A stretch of 64,000 bases of DNA from an uncultured Planctomycetota bacterium (GCA_963823665.1 CAWGMQ010000011.1:736001-800000), one strand, 5' to 3'; positions 29,632 to 42,828 are shown, counted from the stretch's first letter. Translations and numbers: made by a program. Notes: generated by a model not told the origin, from the sequence alone.

Positions 29632-30528
29632 ATGGAAACGCGACGGTTCGGCAAGATGGACATGAAGGTGAGCCCGCTCGGCTTCGGCGGGGCTGAGATC
29701 GGTTTCGAGAAGCTTCAGGTCGACGCCGTGGCACGCCTCCTGGGCGGTGCCCTGGACGCCGGGCTCAACGTCATCGACACGGCCGAATGCTATCTTCAAA
29801 GCGAAGAGCTGATCGGCCAGGCCCTGGCCTCGCGGCGCAAGGAGTTCTGTCTCTTCACCAAATGCGGTCACCCCGAAGGGCCCTACAAGGAAGACTGGCG
29901 GCCCGATTCCCTGCTCCAGAGCATCCGGCGCAGCCTCCAGAGGCTCAAGACCGATCGCGTCGACCTGGTCCAGCTCCATAGCTGCTCGGAGGCCGAGCTC
30001 CGCCAGGGTGATGTCATCGCCGCGCTCCAGCGCGCCCGCGAGCTGGGCTACACGCGCTATATCGGATATTCCGGCGATGACGTCGCGGCCCGCTTCGCCG
30101 TCGGCTGCGGCGCATTCGACGCGCTGCAAACATCCCTCAGCATCGCCGATCAGCAGTCCATCGACCTCACGCTCCCCCTGGCCCGAGAGCGGGGAATGGG
30201 CGTGATTATCAAACGGCCGATCGCCAACGCCGTCTGGAAATACACTCAGAAGCCCGAGAACACCTACGTTCAGCCTTACTGGGAGCGCCTTCAGAAGCTC
30301 GACTACGACTTCTTGAAGGGCGACGCCAAGAAAACGGCGGCCGTCGCACTGGGGTTTGCCCTGCACTGCCACGGCGTGCACACCGCGATCGTCGGCACGA
30401 CCAAGCCCGACCGCTGGCGAGAAAACGCCGCGCTGCTTGAATCAGACCCCCTGCCCCACGAGCAGTTCCAGGCCATTCGCGCTCGCTGGCGCGAGGTCGC
30501 TTCCCCGGACTGGATCGGCCAGACCTGA
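29632..30528 (+). CDS. Aldo/keto reductase
   Basis: VSPLGFG, IDTAECY, TKCG, SLQRLKTDRVDLVQLH. Confidence 0.93.
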   Translation: METRRFGKMDMKVSPLGFGGAEIGFEKLQVDAVARLLGGALDAGLNVIDTAECYLQSEELIGQALASRRKEFCLFTKCGHPEGPYKEDWRPDSLLQSIRRSLQRLKTDRVDLVQLHSCSEAELRQGDVIAALQRARELGYTRYIGYSGDDVAARFAVGCGAFDALQTSLSIADQQSIDLTLPLARERGMGVIIKRPIANAVWKYTQKPENTYVQPYWERLQKLDYDFLKGDAKKTAAVALGFALHCHGVHTAIVGTTKPDRWRENAALLESDPLPHEQFQAIRARWREVASPDWIGQT

Positions 30529-30532
30529 GAAG

Positions 30533-31976
<1,444 letters not shown>

Positions 31977-31980
<4 letters not shown>

Positions 31981-32801
31981 GGCGTCGCTTCCTCGCTTGC
32001 GCTCTCTCTGTGGCGTGCTTCGATCGTGCCGGCGACAATTGCGGCGGCCCATGGTTCATCCGCCGGCCGCAGGGGCGGGTCGGGGGGTTGAGAGTAGTCG
32101 ACGACAAGGTCATATTGAGCTCGCTCGATCAACGCGTGCAGCACGCCGTTCAAGCCGAGCAGCGGCTCGTCATCGCCGGGAAGAAGCGGGATTGGAATTG
32201 GCGGGATCGGGCTCGTGTAAGGAAACGTCGTCAAGACGGAATTCCCCCTGCTGTGCGCGCGACAGACCAGAATGCGGTAATCCGACGACGGCGGCGCAGG
32301 CATCACCGGCATGGGTTCACCGTCGCGCAGCAGGTCAATCTCCACGAGGTTCACGCGCGCTCGTCTCAGGTCACTGCGCTTCTTCAAATAATCAGCTCTC
32401 CCGTCCGCGGTATTCTTGTTCGTCGGCGACAAAACTTCAATGACCGTCACGAGTTTGCGACTGGGCAGCTCCAGAATTCTGATAAACCTCTCTTCAACCT
32501 CTTCATCATCCAGCACCGATACCGTGAAAGTTTGCACTTCGGGCAGTTCGAGCACCGCCAAGTTTGCTTCGCGAACTCCGGCCCGCGATGGAGTCGCTTG
32601 GATCGCAACGTCCAGACGGTACAGCTGCGCGACATCGACGCCGGCAAGTATTGTCGTCCGTGATTCCACACCGACGAAATAGCGAGGTCGCAGGAGAGGA
32701 GCAAGCGTGTCGCGGATCGATTGTATTAAGCTGATATGCACGTCCGCCCAAAGCACCGGCCCCTCAAGCCACGGATCCATTCCAGGAAATGGCGCTCTCA
32801 T
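31977..32801 (-). CDS. DUF4058 family protein
   Basis: PFPGMDPWLE N-terminus, VIEVLSPTNK, LVEIDLLR. Confidence 0.9.
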
Positions 32802-32806
32802 GTCCC

Positions 32807-35800
32807 TCACTCCTTCGTGATCGTCTCATCAAGATTGAGCAACACTCGCGCCACCACCGTCCACCCAGCCAGATCCGCCGCCTTCGCACCCGCCGGCAGT
32901 TCCACGTGCTTCGCCGAATCACCGGTGGCCACCGTCCACACGTCCGCTCCCGGCGCCTCGAACCGCCGCATCTCCTTCTCCAGAAGCTCGAGCAACGTCG
33001 CCTTCTCGGCCTCGCCCGGCGCCCGCGCCAGGCACCGCCGGAATGCATAGTCCAGCCTGTCGGTTGGGGTGCTCCCTCCCCGCTCGAGCGTCAAGAGCGC
33101 CAATGCCCGCGCGCATTCCAGGTAGATCGGCTCGTTCAGTGTCGTCAGCGCCTGCAGCGGTGTATTCGACCGCGACCGCCGCACGCAGGCAAAATCGCCG
33201 TTGGGCGCGTCAAACGCTTGCAGCATCGGGTATGGAACCGAGCGATAGCGGAACGTGTAGAACGCCCGGCGGTACCGTTCCATTCCGAGCGCTTCGTTCC
33301 ACACCTTGGGCCCGTAGCTCACCGGCGGCTGGAACAAAAAGGCCGGCGCCGGCGGGCACACGCTCGGACCGCCGATCTTGGGATCGAGCAGCCCGCTTGC
33401 CGACAAGGCAATGTCGCGCACGATCTCGGCGTCCACCCGGAAACGCGGGCCACGCGCCAGCAAGCGATTGTAAGGATCGCGATGCAGCAATGGCCCGGTT
33501 ACCCGCGACGACTGCCGGTACGTGGCCGAATTGGCGATCAGCCGGTGCAAGTGCTTGAGGCTCCAGCCGCTTTCCATGAACTCGACGGCCAGCCAGTCCA
33601 GCAGCTCCTGGTGCGACGGCGCTTCGCACTGTACCCCCAGGTCCTCGGCGGTTGCCACGATGCCCGTTCCGAAATAAGCCTGCCACACCCGGTTCACCTG
33701 CGAGCGCGCCGTCGTCGGCGACTCCCGGCTCGCCAGCCATTTCGCGAATGTCAAACGGGTAGACCTCTCCGCCTGCGCCACGCCGCCCAGGAATGCCGGC
33801 ACGCCTGGCGTCACCGACTTGCCCGGCTTGAGAAATTCACCGCGCTGGAGGATGTGCGTCACTCGCGGCTTTCGGTCGCGCTCGCGCAGCACCAGTTGCG
33901 ACGTTCCTTCCGGATGCTGCCGTTCGAGCGAATCGATCCAGTTGTTCGCGTCCTTCCATTCCGGCACGGTCGTACGCCAGTACCCAAAGACTCGCGCGAC
34001 CTGTTCCGGACTGCGCAAGTCTGCCTTGATCGCCAGGATGGTCCGAACCTCCGCCGGGATCTCGTCGGCCCTGGCATCGGCCGCGGTCGTGACCGAGAGC
34101 CGGAATCGCCCCAGGTTGTGGCTCTGGTTGTCGTCGCTGTTCCAGCCGCCGTGGTTTTGCTTGAGGTTGAAGGTGATGATCGCTCCGCCTGGTATTTCGA
34201 TCGGTTTCGCCAGCACGAACACCGCATTTCGCGGATGATTTCGCCGCTCCGGACCGATATCAGTGCCCCACGCGGTCTCGTCTTTGCCGTCAATCGCCAT
34301 CGCAACGGGACCCGTGACCCGCTTGCGCTTGCTGTGGTCGTCAAAGATCGCATCAAGTGGCGTCTCCGGCGGATTGACGTCCGCCGTGGCGCTCGCGATC
34401 TTGAAATCGACGGCTTTTCCTTTGCCGTCACCGGGCGCGGCCTCGATCCGAATTTCCGTCAAAGCCCCCGTCCCCTTGATCGACCGGCCGGGGCCGCCCA
34501 GCGGCAGGTTCGGGTCGTTGAGCAATTCCAGCCGAACCGCCCGGATCGGCGCGATCGTGGTCTTGACCGTCATCTCCACCGTGTGCTTGGTCGGCGCATA
34601 TCCTTGCGCAGGAACGAGCCGTCATCCATCAGGATGTACTTCTGCCCCCCGGTCGATTCCTCATCCACCTCAGGGGGCACGATCACCCACTCCGGTGACT
34701 GGGTGGAAACATGCTTCTCCCACGCGGCCATTCGTTCGCGCCAGTCGGGGTTCTGATGCTTGATCAAGTCTTCGATTTCACCGGCCTTCCGATTGATCTC
34801 GGCGATCTTCTGCCGCTCGCTGCTCGTATAGACCGGAATACTGGCCTCATGCGCATTATTGAGAAACGCGAACATGCGGTAGTAATCTTCTTGGGTGAGG
34901 GGGTCGTACTTGTGATCGTGGCATTGGCCGCATTGAATCGTCAGCCCGAGGATCGCTTTGCCCACGCAGTCCATGCGGTCGAACATCGCCTCCATCCGGA
35001 ACTGCTCGGGATCGATGCCGCCTTCCTCGTTGATCATCGAGTTCCGCAGGAACCCGGTCGCGGTGATCTGGTCGGCGGTGGCGCCCTTGATCAGGTCGCC
35101 GGCAATCTGCTCGATGATGAACTGGTCGTACGGCAGGTCGCGGTTGAGTGCGCTGGCAACCCAGTCGCGATAGAAATACACCTGGCGCGACTTGTCTTTC
35201 TCGTAACCGTCTGAATCAGCATAGCGAGCGGCGTCGAGCCAGATCCGTCCCCAGCGTTCGCCATAGTGCGGAGAATCAAGCAGCCGCTCGACCTGTCTCG
35301 CGTGGGCGTCGCCTGCGCGATCGGCCACAAACGCGTTTTCCTCTTCGATCGCCGGCGGCAGGCCCAGGAGGTCGAGAGAGAGACGCTTGAGCAACGTCGC
35401 CCGCTCAGCCTCGGCTGAAGGCTCGAGCCCATTCGCTTCGAGCTTCGCAAGGATGAAGAAATCGATCGGGTTGCGGCACCAGCCCCGGTTCTTGACGGCC
35501 GGCAACGCGGGCCGAACCGGTGGACTGAATGCCCAGTGCCCCTCGTACACGGCTCCTTCCTCGATCCATCGCTTGAGCAGGTTGATCTCGGCCGAGGAGA
35601 GCGATTTACCGCTATCCTTGGGCGGCATGCGCTCTTCAGCATCCTGAGACGTGATCCGCGCGTAAAGCTCGCTTTCCTCGATCTTCCCCGCCGTGATCGC
35701 CACGCTGCCGGAGGCCACAGGCCCTTTGGCGTCGCGCTCGTTGTCGAGCCGCAGCTTGCCTTTCCGTTGCTTCGCGTCGGGCCCATGACACTTGAAGCAC

Positions 35801-35964
35801 TTGTCCGCCAGGATCGGGCGGATATCGCGGCTGAACGAGAGCTTGGCGGACCCGCGAACAACGTCGTCCGCCACCAATTCCGGCGCTCCCGCCGGGAACA
35901 AGATCAAGAGCGTAAAGCCGGCTGTAAGTACCGGCCCGATCGAACTTCCCGACATGCGGATCAT
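32807..35964 (-). CDS. Planctomycete cytochrome c / DUF1549 / DUF1553 (PSD1) protein (frameshift near 34608)
   Basis: CFKCHG heme motif, HWAF, YGERWGRIWLDAARYADS, CGQCHDHK, NRVWQAYFG, NTPLQAL. Confidence 0.93.
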
Positions 35965-36110
35965 GCGGCGTCTTCCTCGGCAGGCGGGATCGCACGGAGG
36001 CGTGGTGACTACCAGACCATTCTAATCGGAGGCGCGGTTGATCTCCACAGCCAGTTCGGCCGTCAGGCAACTCGGAACAGTCTCAAACGCCTGGCGGCCG
36101 CCCTGCCAGT

Positions 36111-37877
36111 TCAGTGTCGCCCTTCCCTCCGCGAAGGGATTTCTTGACCCGGTGGCGGCCGCGCGGCTCGAATCTGCTCCCAGACGTAGAGCGACCCGAT
36201 CTCGAACCGCGCGCGATACCCGAGCCTGGTCAGCGGCTCCGCGAGCCCGTCGATCCTTGGATCTTTGGAGGTCGTGATGACGAACCGGACCGACCCGTCC
36301 GTCAAGGCGCTGCGCAACCAGGTCGACCGCGGCTCGGCTCCATGCACCGACTCGAAAACCGGGTAGAGCCAGTGGTCGAAGACCAGGTCGGTCCGCCCGT
36401 ACTGACGGTTCCTCCCGGGATCGGAAGCAAAATAGAGGTCCGAAGTTGGTTCCGCCAGATTGCTGACGATCAGCTCGGACTTGAGTCGCTCGAAGCGCAT
36501 GCGGGCGTACGTGACGTATGCCTCCTTGAAACCGAAGCACACGAGCACGAGCGCCGCGACCGCAAGCGCGACCAACGACATGCGCAACCGCGCCGCATCG
36601 CACGCCCGTGCCAGAGACCGTCCCGTCAAGATCGCCGCGAAAACGATGCCTTGGATCGCATAATTGACCCACGCACCGGTGCTGGCCAGGCAAAGGGGCA
36701 CGACAATTGCGATCTCGGCGGCCACAAGGAGACAGAGCGCCTCGTCAAGCTCGCTTCCGAACAGGGCGCGTCGCTCGAGCATCGCGCAGGCGGGGATCAC
36801 GAACAACAGGCAGACAAAAGGCGCCGCCGACATCGCCAGGTTGGTTACCACGCCCGGACGGAACTCGTGCACCACCGGAAGCACGAGCATGCTCTCGGCA
36901 ATGATCGTTCCGGCGATGGCTACCGCCAGCCTTCCGATGCCTCGCTTCAGTGTGACCTGCGCCAGCGCCGCCAGCGTCAGCAGAGCGATCAGACACGAGC
37001 TTCCACCGCCGATATTCCCCAGCACGATCGCCCCGCGCACCCAGTCGGTGGGATGCACCCGCGCCGTCGCCATCGCGGCAACAAAGATCGCTTGCGACAT
37101 CCGCCCTCCCGTCGCCAGCTCCTCGACGACATAAACGACGGCCACGATCGCGGCAGCCGTGAGCACCCCCAGCCCGGCCAGCCGCACCGAAGCCCTGCCC
37201 CTCCAGGCAGCCCGGATGAGAAGTACGGTGGCGACCAGCGGCCCTCCCAGGAAGTGCTGCTTGGCACCTATCGCCAGCCCAAACGCGGCAAATCCGCCTG
37301 CGACGGCGATTGCGCCCGGCCGCCTGGATTGCAGGGCCAAGAAGATCAGCCAGACGCCGGTCGTTTGGAGCCCGGCGGCGATCATATCGGGCCGCACGGT
37401 GAACGGTATCGCCCCCACCACCGGCGCGCTCGCCAGCAGACAAACCGCCCACCAGCTCGCCCGCGCGGGGGCCCCATCCAATCGGGCAATCTGGAAAGCA
37501 CTCCATCCCGCCAGCAAAAGCCCGGCGAACGAGAGCATTCTCGCCGCGAGCCGCGCCGCAGTGATCGCGTCCAGCCCCGAAGTGTGCAGCGGCCAGGCCA
37601 GGAGTGCCGCAAGGTGATAGTAAAGTGGCGCGTGGATGAGCACCAATGGGTTCTGCCTGCCAAACGGCCCGTACAGTGCCCACGGCCCAAGGTCGAGCTG
37701 CCGCGCAACCGAAAGCATGAGCGGCGATTCAAGAGGCTCGGTGTCGCCCGGGCCCAGGGCCGCCCAGATTCCAGAAGCAATCGCAGTGGCCGCGGCAATC
37801 GCCAGCATCGCGGTGATCCAGCGGCAAACCCAGCTACGTATGCGGTCGATCGAGGTTGTACCATGCTGCATCGTCAC
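36111..37877 (-). CDS. Polytopic membrane protein, possibly GT-C/ArnT-like
   Basis: Many TM helices; HAPLYY, VRPDM, AKQH motifs. Confidence 0.65.
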   Translation of the reverse strand: MTMQHGTTSIDRIRSWVCRWITAMLAIAAATAIASGIWAALGPGDTEPLESPLMLSVARQLDLGPWALYGPFGRQNPLVLIHAPLYYHLAALLAWPLHTSGLDAITAARLAARMLSFAGLLLAGWSAFQIARLDGAPARASWWAVCLLASAPVVGAIPFTVRPDMIAAGLQTTGVWLIFLALQSRRPGAIAVAGGFAAFGLAIGAKQHFLGGPLVATVLLIRAAWRGRASVRLAGLGVLTAAAIVAVVYVVEELATGGRMSQAIFVAAMATARVHPTDWVRGAIVLGNIGGGSSCLIALLTLAALAQVTLKRGIGRLAVAIAGTIIAESMLVLPVVHEFRPGVVTNLAMSAAPFVCLLFVIPACAMLERRALFGSELDEALCLLVAAEIAIVVPLCLASTGAWVNYAIQGIVFAAILTGRSLARACDAARLRMSLVALAVAALVLVCFGFKEAYVTYARMRFERLKSELIVSNLAEPTSDLYFASDPGRNRQYGRTDLVFDHWLYPVFESVHGAEPRSTWLRSALTDGSVRFVITTSKDPRIDGLAEPLTRLGYRARFEIGSLYVWEQIRAARPPPGQEIPSRREGRH

Positions 37878-38106
37878 CGTCGCTTTGCCCCGCCTCGAGA
37901 TGGTCGGTCGCCCTGAACCTACCCGAGAGTATCACAGTTCATGACGCGGCATCCCTTCAGGCCGCGGCAATTTCCTGCCAGTTCCTGGCCGAGTCGGTGT
38001 TGTCGGGCAAGCCGCGCCCGCGTAAATTGAACGGCGCATCGGGTCGATGCGAAGGCGAGGCCGGTGTCATCCGGAAAGTCCATCTGAATCGAGGAGTCGG
38101 TACGCC

Positions 38107-39801
38107 ATGAGCACCGGAACGGAAACCCGCTCGCGCGGCGCGACCGGCCAGCCCGGGCCGTTCGAGCCCCTACGCGAGCTTCCGCCTCTGCCCCCTCACT
38201 GGCGTAGCTTGCCCAGAGCTTTCGTTCACCAGGCGCGCGCCCTGGCACCCCGGAATGCGATGGCCGACAGCACCGGGGCCAGCCTCACCTACGGGCAGAC
38301 GCTCCTCCGAGCGCTCGTCCTCGGCCGCGTGCTCGAGCGCGAGTGGGGCCCCGCGGCCCATTTCGGCCTGATGGTGCCCCCGACCGTTCCCGCCGCCGTC
38401 GCCAACCTGGCCGTTTCCCTGCGCGGCAAGATCCCCGTTAACCTCAATTACTCGGCCAGCCAGACCCTCGTCGATTCCTCGATCGACCAGTGCGGAATCA
38501 CGCACGTCCTGACCTCGTCCAAGGTGCTCGATCGATTCAAGATCACTCCCAAGGGAAAGATCATCCTGCTCGAGGACATACCGCCCAAGGTGCGCTTGAC
38601 CGACAAACTCTGGGCGGCCGCTGTCGCCAGGCTCGTGCCGGTCTCCCTGTTGCCGGGATTCGTGCCCGGACTGAAGGGCGAAAACCTCGACGCAACCGCA
38701 ACCGTAATCTTCACGTCCGGCTCGACCGCCGATCCCAAGGGCGTCATCCTCTCCCACCGGAACATCCTGAGCAATGTCTATCAGATCGAAGAACATGTCC
38801 ACTTGAAGCCGGAGGAGGTTCTGCTCGGCATTCTGCCGTTCTTCCACGCCTTCGGATTCACGGTCACCATCTGGGCCGGTCTGTGCCTGGGCAAGAAGAT
38901 CGTCTATCACTTCAATCCCCTCGATGCCAGGACAATCGGCAAGCTCTGCGAAGAACACGGCGCAACCCTCCTTGTTGGCACCCCGTCCTTCATGAGGCTT
39001 TACCTCAAGAGCTGTGATCCCAAGCAGTTCCGAACATTGACGCACTTGCTATTGGGCGCCGAGAAACTCAAGCCCGAGCTTGCCCGCGACATCCAGCAAG
39101 CGCTGCACATCGACCCCGTCGAGGGCTACGGCTGCACCGAGCTTTCACCGGTCGTCGCCGTCAATGTACCCAACGACGTGGTGATGCCGGACGGACGTAC
39201 CTTGAGCGGAAATCGCCTGGGAACGGTCGGACAGCCCTTGCCGGGCACCGCGATCAAGACGGTGGATCCGGAAACCGGAGCCGACCTCCCGCCGGGCACG
39301 GAGGGCATCATCGCGGTCAAGGGGCCGCAGGTGATGGTCGGCTACTTGAATCGTCCCGAGGCCACCGCCGCGGTCAAGCAGGACGGCTGGTACTCAACCG
39401 GCGACCTCGGTTATCTCGACCCGGACGGCTTCCTCAAGATCACCGACCGCCTCAGCCGGTTCTCAAAAATCGCCGGCGAGATGGTGCCGCACCTGGGAGT
39501 CGAGACCGCCATCATGGACGTGACTGGAGTTGACGAGCATCACGTCGCCGTGACCGGAATTCCCGATCCCAAACATGGTGAGCGCCTTTGTGTTCTCTAT
39601 ACCGAGCTGGGAATGTCGCCGGCCGAGCTGCACTCCAAGTTGACGCACGGGACGATTCCGAAGGTTTGGCTCCCTTCGCAGCGCGATTTCTTTAAAATAG
39701 CCGAAATCCCGATCACGCCCACGGGGAAGGTTGACCTGCGCATGCTCAAGCAAATCGCAACGGAGCATGCCGCCGGAGCGGGCCTTGCCTCCAAAGGCTA
39801 A
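38107..39801 (+). CDS. AMP-binding acyl-CoA/acyl-ACP synthetase (Aas C-terminal-like)
   Basis: FTSGSTADPKG, EGYGCTELSP, TGDLG, RLSRFSKIAGEMV. Confidence 0.92.
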   Translation: MSTGTETRSRGATGQPGPFEPLRELPPLPPHWRSLPRAFVHQARALAPRNAMADSTGASLTYGQTLLRALVLGRVLEREWGPAAHFGLMVPPTVPAAVANLAVSLRGKIPVNLNYSASQTLVDSSIDQCGITHVLTSSKVLDRFKITPKGKIILLEDIPPKVRLTDKLWAAAVARLVPVSLLPGFVPGLKGENLDATATVIFTSGSTADPKGVILSHRNILSNVYQIEEHVHLKPEEVLLGILPFFHAFGFTVTIWAGLCLGKKIVYHFNPLDARTIGKLCEEHGATLLVGTPSFMRLYLKSCDPKQFRTLTHLLLGAEKLKPELARDIQQALHIDPVEGYGCTELSPVVAVNVPNDVVMPDGRTLSGNRLGTVGQPLPGTAIKTVDPETGADLPPGTEGIIAVKGPQVMVGYLNRPEATAAVKQDGWYSTGDLGYLDPDGFLKITDRLSRFSKIAGEMVPHLGVETAIMDVTGVDEHHVAVTGIPDPKHGERLCVLYTELGMSPAELHSKLTHGTIPKVWLPSQRDFFKIAEIPITPTGKVDLRMLKQIATEHAAGAGLASKG

Positions 39802-39907
39802 TGTGCCGACGCGCGAATCAAAATACGAAATATTGGGTTTAATCCCCTGTGGAGAAGCTTGCCAGAACGCGTGATTCACTTCAGAATGGCATTGAGGTGA
39901 CAGGGAA

Positions 39908-41239
39908 ATGCCCGTTGTTCTCAAGGTAACTCTGGGCCCGCACTCCGGTCAGGAATACCAGATCGACCGCCCCGATACGTTCACGGTCGGGCGCTCGAGC
40001 CACGCCGAATTCGCGATGACCCAGGACCTCGTCCTGTCGCGCAAGCACTTCCAGGTCGAAAATCGTCCACCTTTGTGCCATCTCGTCGACCTGGGAAGCA
40101 CGAATGGCACCAAGGTCAACGGCTTGCGTGTCACGCAGGTGGCCCTCCGCGAAGGCGACGTGATCACCGCCGGCGACAGCACCTTTATCGTCCACTTCAA
40201 GGAAGATTCGAAGGACACCCACGATTTCGCCGGCTGCGCGGGCTGCGGCGGGCGGATCCCGATCGGCTCCGCCGACGGCGAAGCTCGGCCGAACAACGAG
40301 ATCATTCTCCCCGGCGGGAAACCCAGCGTCTGGCTCTGCGAAGGCTGCCTGGCCCGTCGGCTCAAGTTCCCCAAGACCGCGCCGGACTACCTGATCGAAG
40401 AATGGATCGGCGGCGGCGGCATGGGCGAGGTCTTTCGCGCCCGCCAGCTTTCTCTGAACCGCCCGGTCGCCATCAAGATGATGAGCACCAACAGCGCCAT
40501 CGGAGACAAAGCCGGGAGCTACTTCAGGCGCGAGATTGAAGTCTTGCGCGACCTGCTGATGCCGGGCGGCCGTTCGCATCACAGCATCGTCAGCTTCTAC
40601 GAGATCTACGAGGTCGACACCCAATTTCATCTCGTAATGGAATACATCGACGGCATGAACGCCCACGAATGGCTGGCGAAGCTCGAGGAGCCCCTTCCGG
40701 TTTCGAGTGGCGCAACCATCGGCCGGCACTTGCTCCAGGCCCTTGATTTCGCCCATTCCAGGGGTTATGTGCATCGCGACGTGAAGCCCTCGAACCTCTT
40801 GATCTTTGGCCCGATGCATCGGCCCCGTGTGAAGCTGACCGACTTCGGGCTTGCCAAGAGCTTCGCCGAGACCGAGGGTCTGACGTCCCTGACGCGGCAG
40901 GGCGACATCGGCGGCTCGATCGGGTTCATCTCCCCGGAGCACATCCGTCACTTCAGCGAAATCCGCGAGCCCGCCGACATCTACAGCGCCGGAGCGACGC
41001 TGTTCTATCTTCTGACCGGCAAGTACCCGTATCTCGGCTTCGACCCCCGCCAGCCCGACTCCTATCAGATCATCCTCCAGCACCCCCCCCTCCCCCTCCG
41101 GGCGTTCCGCCCGGATGCCCCCGAGGGTATGGAGCGAATCCTCTTGAAGGCCCTCCAGAAACAACCAAAAGACCGCTGGAAATCCGCCGGAGCCATGGCG
41201 GGCGCCCTCAGGGCCTTCAGCACACCATCGAACACCTGA
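39908..41239 (+). CDS. FHA domain + Cys4 linker + Ser/Thr kinase
   Basis: VGR..SRKHF..DLGSTNGTKVNG (FHA); CAGC..CEGC; GGGGMG, HRDVKPSN, DFG. Confidence 0.93.
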   Translation: MPVVLKVTLGPHSGQEYQIDRPDTFTVGRSSHAEFAMTQDLVLSRKHFQVENRPPLCHLVDLGSTNGTKVNGLRVTQVALREGDVITAGDSTFIVHFKEDSKDTHDFAGCAGCGGRIPIGSADGEARPNNEIILPGGKPSVWLCEGCLARRLKFPKTAPDYLIEEWIGGGGMGEVFRARQLSLNRPVAIKMMSTNSAIGDKAGSYFRREIEVLRDLLMPGGRSHHSIVSFYEIYEVDTQFHLVMEYIDGMNAHEWLAKLEEPLPVSSGATIGRHLLQALDFAHSRGYVHRDVKPSNLLIFGPMHRPRVKLTDFGLAKSFAETEGLTSLTRQGDIGGSIGFISPEHIRHFSEIREPADIYSAGATLFYLLTGKYPYLGFDPRQPDSYQIILQHPPLPLRAFRPDAPEGMERILLKALQKQPKDRWKSAGAMAGALRAFSTPSNT

Positions 41240-41284
41240 CCGTAAGTCCGGCACTCCTGTCGGAGTTCACCCCAACGCGACACC

Positions 41285-41304
41285 AACCCGAAGCGCCAGC
41301 GAGG
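41285..41304 (+). repeat. Planctomycete-type interspersed repeat AACCCGAAGCGCCAGCGAGG
   Basis: Intergenic 20-mer that I recall as an abundant planctomycete REP-like element; single copy in this window. Confidence 0.55.
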
Positions 41305-41389
41305 TAATCCCCCCCAAAATCCGCGGCACTCCAAGAATTCTTTGGTTCGCCCCGCGCAACACGTCGTCTTATCATGGGTAGGACGATCC

Positions 41390-41941
41390 ATGATAACCCA
41401 AGAGGCCGAGCGACTACTGGAGCCGTTCCGCCCGTACCTCACGGTGCTGGCCGAGCTGCATTTGGACCGCAAGCTGCGCGGCAAGCTTGACCCATCGGAC
41501 ATCGTCCAGCAATCGTTCCTGCGCGCCTATTCCGCCCTGGCCGAGGTGCGCAGCCCCGAGCCCGAAGTACTGGCCGCCTGGCTGCGCAGAATCCTGGCCA
41601 GCACGCTGGCCGACGCGGTCAAGCACTACGACCGCGACAAGCGTGCGGTGGCCCTGGAGCGCTCACTCGAAGCCGACATCGACCGCTCCGCCTCCGGCTT
41701 CGCCGCCTGGCTGGCCGCCGACCAGACCTCACCCAGCGGCCGCGCCGAGCGAAACGAAGAATTGCTGCGCCTGGTCGAAGCCCTCGCGCATCTCCCCGAC
41801 CCGATGCGAGAAGTCGTGGTCCTGAAGCACTGCCAGGGCTGGACCCTCCAGCAGATCGCCGAACGAATCAACCGCACAGTGCCCGCGGTGGCGTCGTTGC
41901 TCCGTCGTGGCCTGGAGGAACTGCGCCAGCGGTTGAAGTAG
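41390..41941 (+). CDS. ECF sigma factor, planctomycete-specific kinase-associated type
   Basis: LRGKLDPSDIVQ, AWLRRIL, QTSPS, VASLLRRGL. Confidence 0.92.
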   Translation: MITQEAERLLEPFRPYLTVLAELHLDRKLRGKLDPSDIVQQSFLRAYSALAEVRSPEPEVLAAWLRRILASTLADAVKHYDRDKRAVALERSLEADIDRSASGFAAWLAADQTSPSGRAERNEELLRLVEALAHLPDPMREVVVLKHCQGWTLQQIAERINRTVPAVASLLRRGLEELRQRLK

Positions 41942-42055
41942 TCCGGCGCGAGGGTGGCAGCCAGAACGCTCATGGGTGCCAACGGGATGCGATTTAGTGT
42001 AAAATGCAGGTGACAATTGCAAGTGCCTCATTGTCTCGAATCACCCGGTGCGCAC

Positions 42056-42319
42056 ATGAGTCTCACACTGGCTGAAGCCCTCGGGCAGGTGGATCTCGAG
42101 GCCGGGCGTGTCTACCGCTGCCAGGTCAAGGGGCACTGGGTCGAGCTCCGCGTGCTGCATTCCGCCGACATTCTGCCATCGACCCGCTACGATGAGTCGG
42201 ACGTGATGCTCGATCCGTGGGTCGAGTTTCCGCATCCCACCTCCGGAATCGTTATCCGCGCCAAACAGGGGACGCTCCCGCTGCCAAGCGTTCCGGAGAT
42301 ACCGAGGGATGAGGATTAA
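42056..42319 (+). CDS. Small hypothetical protein (antitoxin-like partner)
   Basis: 87-aa ORF with an acidic tail; stop is 2 nt before the next ATG. Confidence 0.7.
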   Translation: MSLTLAEALGQVDLEAGRVYRCQVKGHWVELRVLHSADILPSTRYDESDVMLDPWVEFPHPTSGIVIRAKQGTLPLPSVPEIPRDED

Positions 42320-42321
42320 TC

Positions 42322-42828
42322 ATGATTTACATTCGCCCGTCGCCGCTGGACGGGATCGATCAAGGGGACATCATCGAATCGTGCCCGATCACTTTCGTCT
42401 CGAGCTTCGATCTGGACGACCTTCAGCGAAGTGAAATCGAGTATGTTCCGGCTCGCGTGATCGTTCTAACCCAAACGTGCGACCTGGCGAACCAAAAGAC
42501 CCTATCGACAACCGTTGCGCTCGTCCACGACGCTGCAAATCTTGTTAGCCAGAATCTGCTGAAACCAGCCGATATTCGAGGACCAGTGCGAGCCGGCAGG
42601 GTGTTCGGCTGGTACTTTCTGCCCGCATGCGTCGATCACAGTCTTCCGGAGATGATCGTCGACCTGCGGGAGCTTCATACTGTTCGAATAGATCTACTCA
42701 CCACGCTGTGCCGCCGCGGCCGACGACCTGCGCGTTTGCTCTCGCCGTATCGTGAGCACCTTGCAAAGCACTTTGCGGACACTTTCAGCCGGATCGGATT
42801 GCCCGACCCGTACGAAACACAAACCTGA
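42322..42828 (+). CDS. Hypothetical protein with QGDI...VLTQTCD motif (possibly PemK-like)
   Basis: 168-aa ORF with a GAGG RBS inside the upstream gene; motif pattern reminiscent of PemK/MazF-fold proteins. Confidence 0.7.
   Translation: MIYIRPSPLDGIDQGDIIESCPITFVSSFDLDDLQRSEIEYVPARVIVLTQTCDLANQKTLSTTVALVHDAANLVSQNLLKPADIRGPVRAGRVFGWYFLPACVDHSLPEMIVDLRELHTVRIDLLTTLCRRGRRPARLLSPYREHLAKHFADTFSRIGLPDPYETQT

Noticed and set aside
32789..37916. Long plus-strand ORFs 32789..34756 and 36114..37916
   Set aside because: Antisense shadows of well-supported minus-strand genes.
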